Part shown: positions 10,901 to 18,991 of the stretch, piece by piece
Layout of the letters: each line of letters begins with the position of its first letter
Position numbering within the stretch: the stretch's first letter is position 1
DNA from: Enterobacteria phage mEp390
Direction: 5' to 3' (one strand)
Length of the DNA: 40,029 nt
Sequence record: NC_019721.1
Position numbers and translations under genes: made by a program
The notes under the pieces: generated by a model
The model's database searches: none
What the model saw: only the letters and a program-made list of their open reading frames with translations
What the model was told of the DNA's origin: nothing

Positions 10901-11212
10901 GCTTTCGCAAAAGGCGGGGCCGGAATCATGGGCGAGGCTGGACCGGAGGCGATCATGCCGCTTACCCGCGCGCCGGATGGTTCTCTCGGCGTTCGTGCGG
11001 TCGGCGGCGGTAGCGGTCAGTCTGTATCGTCTGCGCCACAGGTTTATATCACTATCGATGGCAACGGCAACACCTCAACGCAAACCTCACCAGGCCTTGA
11101 GCAATTTGGTGCCGAAGTCGGGAAATTTGTCGATCAGCGATATAAGCAGAATGTAATGCGTGATATCCGCCCCGGCGGTGATATCTGGAACGCAATGAAA
11201 GGAGCCCGATAA
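7928..11212 (+). CDS. tail tape measure protein
   Basis: 1094-aa ORF, Ala/Gln-rich coiled-coil-like sequence, position after G/G-T. Confidence 0.9.
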   Translation: MATLRELIIKISANSSSFQSEIARASRMGTDYYRTMEQGGKKAAAATRETQRSLAELNSQLASVRSSATELAGAWAGAFATHQLIAFADTWNQLSGRLRLAASSSEDYVQSQRVLMEISQRTGTSLEANSNLYSRIAQSLRDAGYASADVAKVTETVATSLKLSGASTEEASSVITQLSQALGSGVLRGEEFNSIMENGGRLAKLLADGLGTTVGGLRNMANNGELTTNKIVPLLTNVETLRKEFDTLPASISGSAQKVQNAFLAWVGGANDAVGASSTLSGVLDGLANNIDDVANTAGILVGVGLARYFGNMVGSVAQSTRAVLANTAAEVALAQAQVRGAQVSVAAGRQAVYRAQQARAAATSIEAQIVAERNLAAAQASLNTALAGRASSVNNLTNTASVMSRLGSGVLGILGGWPGVIIGAGAAMYGLYQHTQQVHKEAVGFANNLDEINGKLQQMSVLGLRSTAADARTSLQAQKQDLADLDSQIAKVKESQAGLALIQEKYNKSPRLTYLNTFMDQADITEKNISLTDRLSQLEFEREKVAARIAATQKLVNEASDLATQRAIQQAGAISILNGAYRLLNQTMAVIPTVEPKFVSPVVPVSNATPQQQTALERARRDNEMASLSGLEKLHQQHVYEAEDLKLTGALYTQYIYNKDQAAKKDAAAAEAKKTSTAASNAQSKAEREAASTAEQYSRKMADLSVAIDVQRVRATEGEKASELYSASHQAGTKWTDEQRKAIQASSAELAKWTQKADENVRKQREQADALKDLTEAARKFRDEATLTTETAGMSDRQRSRFDETQQIDRVFTKAGGDKSTQAVIARNEALDALDKKYKAIAAAEADWMSGVSSGYANWFHEISNVSGTVSDGVKTTLDSAFSNVTSMLEGNKVSWKSWGISVLQIIEKVALQMAVVSAMGGASSGSGIFGSLIGSVGSFFGGGAGASASTGTAVSSYGSNFQFNAKGGVYDSQSLSAFSNGIVRNPTMFAFAKGGAGIMGEAGPEAIMPLTRAPDGSLGVRAVGGGSGQSVSSAPQVYITIDGNGNTSTQTSPGLEQFGAEVGKFVDQRYKQNVMRDIRPGGDIWNAMKGAR

Positions 11213-11214
11213 TT

Positions 11215-11553
11215 ATGGCCATCGAAACTTTCACATGGTGCCCACGGATTAACGCTGAAGCTGATACAAATTTCCGCGTCAGGAAAGCACAGTTTGGTGA
11301 TGGATATGAGCAGGTTTCAGGGGATGGATTAAACCCTAAAAGCCAGCAATGGACGCTCAATTTTACCGGCGATGAAACCTACATTTCAGCGATTAAATCT
11401 TTTCTCGACAGGCATGAAGGAACGAAAGCCTTTCAGTGGAAGCCACCGCTCGAACCTTTGGGTTTGTATCGTTGCGAAACGTATAAACCCACCGGGCTCG
11501 GCGCGGGGAAATTCAACCTTGAAGCAACATTCATCCAGGCTTTTAAACCATGA
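11215..11553 (+). CDS. M: minor tail protein M
   Basis: 112-aa ORF in lambda gpM position directly after tape measure. Confidence 0.8.
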   Translation: MAIETFTWCPRINAEADTNFRVRKAQFGDGYEQVSGDGLNPKSQQWTLNFTGDETYISAIKSFLDRHEGTKAFQWKPPLEPLGLYRCETYKPTGLGAGKFNLEATFIQAFKP

Positions 11554-12308
11554 GCTTAAACGCAGATTATCAGAAGCTGGAATCCGGAAACGATGTTCGT
11601 CTTATTGAGGTAGACGGTTCTTCCTTTGGGCTAACGGACGTTATCCGCTTTCACAATTACAACATTCCCCACACAGAATCGGAAATCATCGCCGCTGGTG
11701 GGGATGAGTCCAATCTTCCGGCGAAACCAATCTGGTGGCAGGGAAATGAATACGCCGCCTGGCCGTATCAGCTGGAAGGTCTGGAGAAATCAACCAGTGG
11801 GAGCAACGCAACGCCATCCCTGACGGTTGCGAACATCGAAAGCTCCATTTCTGCCCTGTGTCTTGCGTATGACGATCTGCTGCAGGCTAAAGTCACTATT
11901 CACGACACAAAAGAAAAATATCTCGATGCCAGAAATTTCGCAGACGGCAACCCCACAGCAGACCCGGCTCAGGAAAAGCTGCAGGTCTGGTATATCGACG
12001 GGAAAACGGGCGAGCTTGCCGGTGAAACCGTTGAATTTGTTCTGTCCAGCCCGATGGACCTCCAGGGGCAAATGATCCCGACGCGACAGCTTCATTCCCT
12101 GTGTACCTGGTGCATCCGGAATAAATATCGTACCGGCGACGGCTGCGACTATGCCGGCACCAGCTATTTTGACAAAAACAACAACCCGGTAAGCGATCCG
12201 TCGCTGGATGAATGCAACGGCACGCTGACGGCCTGCAAACTTCGGTTCGGTGAAAATAACGAGCTCTCGTTTGGTGGGTTCCCTGGCACGTCTTTGATCA
12301 GGAGCTGA
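11550..12308 (+). CDS. L: minor tail protein L
   Basis: 252-aa ORF, overlapping start, lambda M-L-K-I-J synteny. Confidence 0.8.
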   Translation: MSLNADYQKLESGNDVRLIEVDGSSFGLTDVIRFHNYNIPHTESEIIAAGGDESNLPAKPIWWQGNEYAAWPYQLEGLEKSTSGSNATPSLTVANIESSISALCLAYDDLLQAKVTIHDTKEKYLDARNFADGNPTADPAQEKLQVWYIDGKTGELAGETVEFVLSSPMDLQGQMIPTRQLHSLCTWCIRNKYRTGDGCDYAGTSYFDKNNNPVSDPSLDECNGTLTACKLRFGENNELSFGGFPGTSLIRS

Positions 12309-12309
12309 T

Positions 12310-13020
12310 ATGCGGCAGAAAACCATTGATGCCATTATGGCGCATGCTGCAGCTGAATATCCTCGCGAGTGCTGCGGCGTGGTGGCGCAGAAAAGCCGTG
12401 TTGAACGTTATTTCCCGTGCCGCAATCTTGCCACGGAACCGGAGGACAATTTTGTCCTCTGCCCGGAAGATTACGCAGCTGCTGAGGACTGGGGCACGGT
12501 GATCGCCATCGCTCACAGTCACCCTGATGCCACGACACAGCCGAGCGAACTGGATAAAGCGCAATGCGATGCAACGCTTTTACCCTGGCATATTGTGAGC
12601 TGGCCGGAGGGTGATTTACGCACCATCCAGCCGCGTGGAGAACTGCCGTTGCTGGAGCGTCCGTTTGTGCTTGGACACTTCGACTGCTGGGGGCTGGTAA
12701 TGAGCTATTTTCGGCAAACGCATGGTATCGAGCTCCACGATTACCGGGTGGATTATCCCTGGTGGGAAAACGACTATCCGGACAACTTCTATCATGATTG
12801 CTGGTACGAGTGCGGTTTCCGTGAATTCGACGGGCCACCGAAACCAGGCGATATGGTGATCATGCAGGTCCAGGCTGATAAGTGGAACCACGCGGGGATC
12901 CTGCTGCAGGGTAATATGCTGCTGCACCACCTGTACGGACATTTGAGCCAGCGCGTGCCATATGGTGGCTACTGGCAGGAAAGAACAATGAAGATTTTAC
13001 GTTACAAATCTCTGTGCTAA
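12310..13020 (+). CDS. K: tail assembly protein K (JAB/MPN plus NlpC/P60-like)
   Basis: 236-aa ORF with H-S-H-P-D metalloprotease-like motif (AIAHSHPD) and Cys-containing C-terminal half. Confidence 0.8.
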   Translation: MRQKTIDAIMAHAAAEYPRECCGVVAQKSRVERYFPCRNLATEPEDNFVLCPEDYAAAEDWGTVIAIAHSHPDATTQPSELDKAQCDATLLPWHIVSWPEGDLRTIQPRGELPLLERPFVLGHFDCWGLVMSYFRQTHGIELHDYRVDYPWWENDYPDNFYHDCWYECGFREFDGPPKPGDMVIMQVQADKWNHAGILLQGNMLLHHLYGHLSQRVPYGGYWQERTMKILRYKSLC

Positions 13021-13049
13021 CCTTTTGCAAAACCAAAGGGGATAGGGAT

Positions 13050-13460
13050 ATGAAAAAAACATTATTGGCACTTTCTTTGTTAATTATGGCTGGTTGTTCT
13101 ACAGAGCCAGTTCTCCCGCAATATGCAAAAGAAGTGTCAGCACCAAAAGAATTTCAACAGAAAACAAACACAACTGCCGTAACTATCATTCGCGATAAAG
13201 GTTTTGTCGCTGGTGGATGCGCTATAACAGCCTATATCAATGGTAAATATTTGGCGGAACTTGATACAGGGGAAAAAGTCACTGCTTTCCTTAACCCTGG
13301 CGATGTGTTGATAGGGGCAGGATTTGCCGGGAAAGGCCTATGTAATGGTGCGCCTAAAAAGGAGCGTGAATTTTCAATTAAAGAAAATACTCCACGAGTT
13401 TTACGGATATTTATCGATCAGAGTGGGAACGTTGACATACTCCCGATGTCGATAAACTAG
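13050..13460 (+). CDS. lipoprotein of unknown function (moron between K and I)
   Basis: MKKTLLALSLLIMAGC signal peptide with lipobox; AAAGGGGA RBS; AT-rich; own terminator. Confidence 0.6.
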   Translation: MKKTLLALSLLIMAGCSTEPVLPQYAKEVSAPKEFQQKTNTTAVTIIRDKGFVAGGCAITAYINGKYLAELDTGEKVTAFLNPGDVLIGAGFAGKGLCNGAPKKEREFSIKENTPRVLRIFIDQSGNVDILPMSIN

Positions 13461-13480
13461 AGTTAATTTTAATAGACAAA

Positions 13481-13503
13481 GGCCACCTCCGGGTGGCTTT
13501 TTT
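13481..13503 (+). terminator. intrinsic terminator after lipoprotein moron
   Basis: GCCACC-TCCG-GGTGGC hairpin followed by T6. Confidence 0.7.
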
Positions 13504-13516
13504 ATTGGGGTGATTC

Positions 13517-14107
13517 ATGTCAGATGTAATGACTCGCATTGAGCTCGGCGGCGTGCTTGGGAAGACTTTTGGTAAAACACATCACCGCTCAATAAGCACA
13601 ACTCAAGAAGCTTGCAAAGCCTTAGCTGCTACGATTAATGGTTTCGAAAAATTCATGAATACGAGTAAGCAAAGGGGGCTTTCTTATGCGGTTTTTCGCG
13701 GTAAGAAAAATATTGGCATTGATGAGTTAGGCTTTCCTGTCAAGGGCGAGGTTATCAGAATAATGCCTGTGCCGATCGGAAGTAAAAAAGCAGGTGTATT
13801 ACAAACTATTTTAGGCGCGGTATTGGTGGCTGTCGGGGTGGTTTTGAATTTCACGCCCTTTGCTGGAGCATCACCATTTTTCTATCAAGCTGGTGGAGCT
13901 TTGATCCTTGGAGGGGTTGTCCAAATGCTATCACCTCAACCAACCGGATTAGCCAGCAAACAAAGCGCAGATAACCGTGCATCATATGCATTCGGTGGTG
14001 TAACAAACACCGCGGCGCAAGGCTACCCGGTACCGCTCCTTTATGGCCGTCGGCGGATAGGCGGAGCGATTATTTCTGCCGGAATTTATGTCGAAGATCA
14101 GCAGTAG
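13517..14107 (+). CDS. I: tail assembly protein I
   Basis: 196-aa ORF with hydrophobic central segment, lambda gpI position between K and J. Confidence 0.8.
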   Translation: MSDVMTRIELGGVLGKTFGKTHHRSISTTQEACKALAATINGFEKFMNTSKQRGLSYAVFRGKKNIGIDELGFPVKGEVIRIMPVPIGSKKAGVLQTILGAVLVAVGVVLNFTPFAGASPFFYQAGGALILGGVVQMLSPQPTGLASKQSADNRASYAFGGVTNTAAQGYPVPLLYGRRRIGGAIISAGIYVEDQQ

Positions 14108-14125
14108 ATAAATAACCTTTTTTCT

Positions 14126-14149
14126 GGCCACCTTCGGGTGGCTTTTTTT
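14126..14149 (+). terminator. intrinsic terminator after gene I
   Basis: GCCACC-TTCG-GGTGGC hairpin followed by T7; near-identical to the 13481 hairpin. Confidence 0.7.
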
Positions 14150-14160
14150 ATGGGCGCAAT

Positions 14161-17100
14161 ATGGCTACAGATAAAGTGTTAAAGGGCCGCAAGGGCGGCA
14201 GCTCAAGTTCCCGAACCCCTACCGAACAGCCTGATGATCTGCAATCTGTAGCGAAGGCAAAAATCCTCGTTGCGCTTGGGGAAGGGGAGTTTGCAGGGCA
14301 GCTAACCGGCAAAGATATCTACCTGGACGGAACGGCGCTGGAGAATGCCGACGGTTCCCAAAACTTTAGCGGCGTGACGTGGGAGTTTCGCGCGGGAACG
14401 CAGGCGCAAAAATATATTCAGGGTATTCCCGGTACCGAAAACGAAATCAGCGTAGGAACTGAGGTATCAAGCGCTACAGCATGGACGCGCACCTTTACCA
14501 ATACGCAGCTTTCAGCAGTTCGCCTGCGTCTGAAATGGCCTTCGCTTTTCAAACAGGAGGACGACGGCGATCTGGTGGGTTACTCGGTCAATTATGCGAT
14601 TGACCTGCAGACGGACGGCGGCACATGGCAGACGGTACTTAATACCAGCGTGACCGGCAAAACGACGTCTGGTTATGAGCGCAGCCACCGTATCGATTTA
14701 CCGCAGGCTGGCAGCACCTGGACAATACGTCTGCGTAAGATTACCTCTGATGCCAACAGCGCGAAGATCGGTGACACGATGACGCTGCAGAGCTTCACCG
14801 AGGTGATTGACGCCAAACTACGTTACCCCAACACCGCGCTGCTCTACATCGAATTCGACTCAAGCCAGTTCAACGGCTCTATTCCCCAAATTTCATGCGA
14901 ACCGCGCGGCCGCGTTATCCGCGTTCCAGATACCTACGACCCTGAAACCCGCACTTATAGCGGTACATGGACCGGTGCGTTTAAGTGGGCATGGACGGAT
15001 AATCCTGCGTGGATTTTTTACGACCTGGTTGTTTCTGACCGGTTCGGCCTCGGTCACCGTTTGACTGCTGCGAATATCGATAAATGGACGCTTTATCAGG
15101 TTGCTCAGTATTGTGATCAGATGGTACCAGACGGCAAAGGGGGCAACGGTACCGAACCACGTTATACCTGCAACGTGTACATTCAGGACCGGAACGACGC
15201 CTACACAGTCCTGCGTGATTTTGCCGCTATCTTCCGAGGCATGACCTACTGGGGCGGGGATCAGATTGTGGCCCTGGCTGACATGCCGCGCGATGTTGAT
15301 TACAGCTACACGCGCGCTAACGTTGTTGGCGGTCGCTTCACCTATTCGAGCAGCACCACGAAAAGCCGCTACACCACAGCGCTGGTTTCATGGTCAGACC
15401 CGGGTAACGCTTATGCCGACGCGATGGAGCCGGTTTTTGAGCAGGCGCTGGTGGCGCGATACGGCTTCAATCAGCTGGAAATGACAGCCATCGGCTGCAC
15501 CAGGCAGTCAGAAGCGAACCGAAAGGGGCGCTGGGGTATTCTCACCAACAACAAGGATCGCGTTGTTTCGTTTGATGTCGGGCTGGACGGCAACATTCCG
15601 CAGCCGGGCTACATCATCGCCGTGGCAGACGAGCTGCTATCCGGAAAGGTTATGGGCGGCCGCATCAGCGCCGTTAACGGTCGCGTTATCAAACTTGACC
15701 GCGTGGCAGATGCAGCAGCGGGTGATCGCCTTATTCTCAACTTACCATCCGGAGTGTCGCAGAGCAGGACCATTCAGGCCGTAAACGGGGAATCAGTCAC
15801 GGTCACCACGGCATACAGTGAGACGCCACAGGCCGAAGCTGTTTGGGTGGTTGAATCTGACGAGCTCTATGCGCAGCAGTATCGTGTTATCAGCGTTTCC
15901 GAAAAGGATGATGGCACGTTCTCGATTACTGGCGCATGGCACGACCCGGATAAATATGCCCGTATCGATACCGGAGCCATTATCGACCAGCGGCCGGTGA
16001 GCGTGATCCCGCCTGGTAACCAGTCGCCGCCTGCGAACATCGAGATCAGCTCGTTTTCCGTGGTTCAGCAGAATATCAGCGTCGAAACGATGCGCGTGAG
16101 CTGGGACCAGGCGCAGAACGCTATCGCCTATGAAGCGCAGTGGCGCCGCAACGACGGGAACTGGGTTAACGTGCCGCGCAGCTCCACAACGTCATTCGAC
16201 GTCCCCGGAATTTATGCCGGGCGCTACCTGGTGCGCGTGCGCGCAATCAATGCCGCAGAAATTTCATCCGGATGGGGCTATTCAGAAGAGAAAACGCTGA
16301 CGGGTAAAGTGGGCAATCCACCGAAGCCGGTTGGCTTCATCGCTTCTGAAAACGTGGTTTTCGGTATCGAGCTGAATTGGGGATTCTCGGCGAATACCGA
16401 CGACACGCTGAAGACGGAGATTCAGTACAGCCTGACCGGGACAGGGGACGATGCGATGCTGCTGGCCGATGTGCCATATCCACAACGAAAATATCAGCAG
16501 ATGGGACTGAAGGCGGGACAGATTTTCTGGTACCGCGCGCAGCTGGTCGACAGAACAGGCAACGAGTCCGGGTATACGGATTGGGTGCGAGGACAGGCCA
16601 GCATCGACGTTTCAGACATCACCGATGTGATCCTGGAGGAAATTAAAGACTCCGACACATTCAAAGATCTGATTGAGAACGCGGTGGACAGCAATGAAAA
16701 AATTGCTGGCATGGCTGACGAAATCAAAAACCATGCCGACGAACTTGAGCAGCAGGCGAAAGACATCCAGGAGAACGCTGACGGGTTGGCGCAGGCCGAA
16801 GTGAAGATAGACGAGATTTCTGTGTCGATCGACGGCATGACAGGAGGCGTGAAGAATTCGGCTATTGCCATTATTCAGAATGGGCTGGCGCAGGTTGCCA
16901 CTCGCAAAAGGCTATCCGCAACGGTCGCGGGGAACAGCGCTCAGTTGGATCGTATTGATGAGGTAATCGTTAACGAGAAGGAGGCAACGGCGCGTGCTCT
17001 ACTGAGCCTGCAAACGAACGTCAACGGTAATACGGCATCCATCAACAGCCTGAGCCAGACGGTTTCGAATTATCAGCAGTCTACAGCCACGCAGATAAAT

Positions 17101-17610
17101 GCTATTACGGCGACAGTCAATGGACATACTTCCTCTATAACCACGAACGCCCAAGCCATTGCGAACGTAAACGGCCAGCTCAGCGCGATGTACAACATCA
17201 AAGTTGGGGTAACGAGTAACGGCCAGTATTACGCCGCAGGCATGGGGATCGGGGTGGAGAATACGCCATCAGGGATGCAGTCGCAGGTAATCTTCCTGGC
17301 CGACCGTTTTGCCGTTACATCCCAGGCTGGCAGCACTGTGTCCTTGCCGTTCGTGATCCAGAACGGGCAGACATTTATCAATGATGCTTTCTTCCGTGAT
17401 GCGAGTATTCAGTTCGGTAAAATTACGGATTCTCTCCAGTCTGATAATTATGTTGCCGGAAGTGCTGGCTGGCGTTGGGGTAAAGACGGAACGATGCAGA
17501 ACTACGGGAGCGACAGTTCCGGAGGCATGAAGCAGACTAACGTCACCATCAGCATTCGTGATGCTAACAGGCTCCGTGTTCAGATAGGAAAACTTACAGG
17601 AGTGTTTTAA
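14161..17610 (+). CDS. J: host specificity protein J (central tail fibre)
   Basis: 1149-aa ORF in gpJ position after I. Confidence 0.9.
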   Translation: MATDKVLKGRKGGSSSSRTPTEQPDDLQSVAKAKILVALGEGEFAGQLTGKDIYLDGTALENADGSQNFSGVTWEFRAGTQAQKYIQGIPGTENEISVGTEVSSATAWTRTFTNTQLSAVRLRLKWPSLFKQEDDGDLVGYSVNYAIDLQTDGGTWQTVLNTSVTGKTTSGYERSHRIDLPQAGSTWTIRLRKITSDANSAKIGDTMTLQSFTEVIDAKLRYPNTALLYIEFDSSQFNGSIPQISCEPRGRVIRVPDTYDPETRTYSGTWTGAFKWAWTDNPAWIFYDLVVSDRFGLGHRLTAANIDKWTLYQVAQYCDQMVPDGKGGNGTEPRYTCNVYIQDRNDAYTVLRDFAAIFRGMTYWGGDQIVALADMPRDVDYSYTRANVVGGRFTYSSSTTKSRYTTALVSWSDPGNAYADAMEPVFEQALVARYGFNQLEMTAIGCTRQSEANRKGRWGILTNNKDRVVSFDVGLDGNIPQPGYIIAVADELLSGKVMGGRISAVNGRVIKLDRVADAAAGDRLILNLPSGVSQSRTIQAVNGESVTVTTAYSETPQAEAVWVVESDELYAQQYRVISVSEKDDGTFSITGAWHDPDKYARIDTGAIIDQRPVSVIPPGNQSPPANIEISSFSVVQQNISVETMRVSWDQAQNAIAYEAQWRRNDGNWVNVPRSSTTSFDVPGIYAGRYLVRVRAINAAEISSGWGYSEEKTLTGKVGNPPKPVGFIASENVVFGIELNWGFSANTDDTLKTEIQYSLTGTGDDAMLLADVPYPQRKYQQMGLKAGQIFWYRAQLVDRTGNESGYTDWVRGQASIDVSDITDVILEEIKDSDTFKDLIENAVDSNEKIAGMADEIKNHADELEQQAKDIQENADGLAQAEVKIDEISVSIDGMTGGVKNSAIAIIQNGLAQVATRKRLSATVAGNSAQLDRIDEVIVNEKEATARALLSLQTNVNGNTASINSLSQTVSNYQQSTATQINAITATVNGHTSSITTNAQAIANVNGQLSAMYNIKVGVTSNGQYYAAGMGIGVENTPSGMQSQVIFLADRFAVTSQAGSTVSLPFVIQNGQTFINDAFFRDASIQFGKITDSLQSDNYVAGSAGWRWGKDGTMQNYGSDSSGGMKQTNVTISIRDANRLRVQIGKLTGVF

Positions 17611-17912
17611 TGGCTTGGGGAATTCAGACTTGGGACGCCAACGGCATCCCGAACAACTACGGTATCAAACCCGTATCAGTGGTAGGACGTATTCAGCTTT
17701 CCGAGGGGCAAACCTCGGGCAACTGGTCCTTTACCATTCCGGCAGGGATGAAGGTCGGATTTGCGGTGTCCCTTGATAAAGGCGCGGTCTCGGTGGGCCG
17801 ACGCATTATCGCTAACGGGAACACCATCACACTCAGCACTGCCAGCGAAGTTGGTATAGGTAATTATCCGGCCTCGGAATGTGAACTGGTGGTCTTCGTG
17901 GAGAATGCATGA
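17610..17912 (+). CDS. hypothetical protein downstream of J
   Basis: 100-aa ORF, start overlaps J stop (TAATG). Confidence 0.45.
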   Translation: MAWGIQTWDANGIPNNYGIKPVSVVGRIQLSEGQTSGNWSFTIPAGMKVGFAVSLDKGAVSVGRRIIANGNTITLSTASEVGIGNYPASECELVVFVENA

Positions 17913-18589
17913 TGGCAGATTATGGCGCACTGATTGCGCTGGAAAGCGGAAATCCGTTCATAACTCCTCAGTCAACGCCGTTTTGTCTGTACAGAAAGGT
18001 AGTGGTTAATTCTTCAGCAAACGGGGCATATCACGGAGCCTCTGCAACGGTCGCGCTGGATGCCTCTTATCCGGCAATGGTTTTTTGCAAAACGAGTGAT
18101 ACCGCTCAACCAACTACGGTTGGAGCATCCAGGTCAGGAGGAAATATTCTCGTTGGCTCCAGCAATGCTTATGGTCAGTCACATACTCTGACGGCGTACA
18201 TCTTTGCCATCTTTCCACAAACGTTGCCCGACTGGGGATTTGCTGTCTGGGATAAAGACGGAAAGCTGGTACTGACAAACGAAAGCCGCGTGCTTACTGA
18301 CCTCGTTACTGTCGGAACACCAGGAGCCTCAACGGGAGGGATAAACATTGATGTTACGTTGCAGGGTAGTTATGCGGTAGCGCCTGCAATTCTGGGCTCT
18401 CAAATCATACAGAACAACAATACCAGGCCTCCAACAATCGTGAATATAACAGCCTATGCAGGGTGCCGTTTTAACGGTTCGTCGACCAGAATAACTGCCG
18501 CGCCTTCGACAACAGCTACTGGTTCTGCAGCAGGAGGGACAACCACCGGGATAGCATTGACGGCCATCAACACCGCAGCCTATGACTGA
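17909..18589 (+). CDS. hypothetical protein (possible fibre-associated, Thr/Ala/Gly-rich C-terminus)
   Basis: 226-aa ORF, translationally coupled to upstream ORF. Confidence 0.45.
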   Translation: MMADYGALIALESGNPFITPQSTPFCLYRKVVVNSSANGAYHGASATVALDASYPAMVFCKTSDTAQPTTVGASRSGGNILVGSSNAYGQSHTLTAYIFAIFPQTLPDWGFAVWDKDGKLVLTNESRVLTDLVTVGTPGASTGGINIDVTLQGSYAVAPAILGSQIIQNNNTRPPTIVNITAYAGCRFNGSSTRITAAPSTTATGSAAGGTTTGIALTAINTAAYD

Positions 18590-18650
18590 TTGATCGTTTT
18601 GAGCGATCAATAAAAAATAATTGATCTACATAATCAATTATACCCGTCGA
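18586..18650. promoter_or_regulatory. AT-rich region with two inverted repeats of ATTGATC half-sites and three GATC sites
   Basis: ATTGATCG-N7-CGATCAAT and AATTGAT-N7-ATCAATT; GATC at 18592, 18605, 18623. Confidence 0.4.
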
Positions 18651-18700
18651 TTTTGTATTGATATCTTCGAAGCTACTGAATTCCTCTGGATACTATCAAA

Positions 18701-18934
18701 ATGAAAAGGCTAATTATCAGCATGGCGAGCGCTTTAATGCTGTCTGGTTGTGCTGGTGTACTTGAGAAACAGGAACCTATTTGCAGCGGCACGGCCATTG
18801 TAGGCGGTCAGGAAAATACCGTTATGATTTACGGCGTTCGAAAACAAAACAACCAGACGCAATACCGCGCCGGTTATCCCTTTAACTGGCGTTGGGTAGG
18901 CGCAAATACATTCACTGGCACTACCTGTAAATAA
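18701..18934 (+). CDS. small lipoprotein (possible Cor-like superinfection exclusion protein)
   Basis: 77-aa ORF with signal peptide and LSGC lipobox; located after tail genes; followed by terminator. Confidence 0.5.
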   Translation: MKRLIISMASALMLSGCAGVLEKQEPICSGTAIVGGQENTVMIYGVRKQNNQTQYRAGYPFNWRWVGANTFTGTTCK

Positions 18935-18953
18935 CCAACCCATTCGAATACAA

Positions 18954-18976
18954 CCTCGCTCCGGCGGGGTTTTTTA
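18954..18976 (+). terminator. intrinsic terminator
   Basis: CCTCGC-TCCG-GCGGGG hairpin followed by T7. Confidence 0.6.
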
Positions 18977-18991
18977 TTGCCTGGAGAAAGT

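Noticed and set aside
14807-16871. Internal plus- and minus-strand ORFs within gene J (e.g. 14807..15064, 16494..16871)
   Set aside because: Embedded in alternative frames of a large conserved structural gene with no independent start signals.
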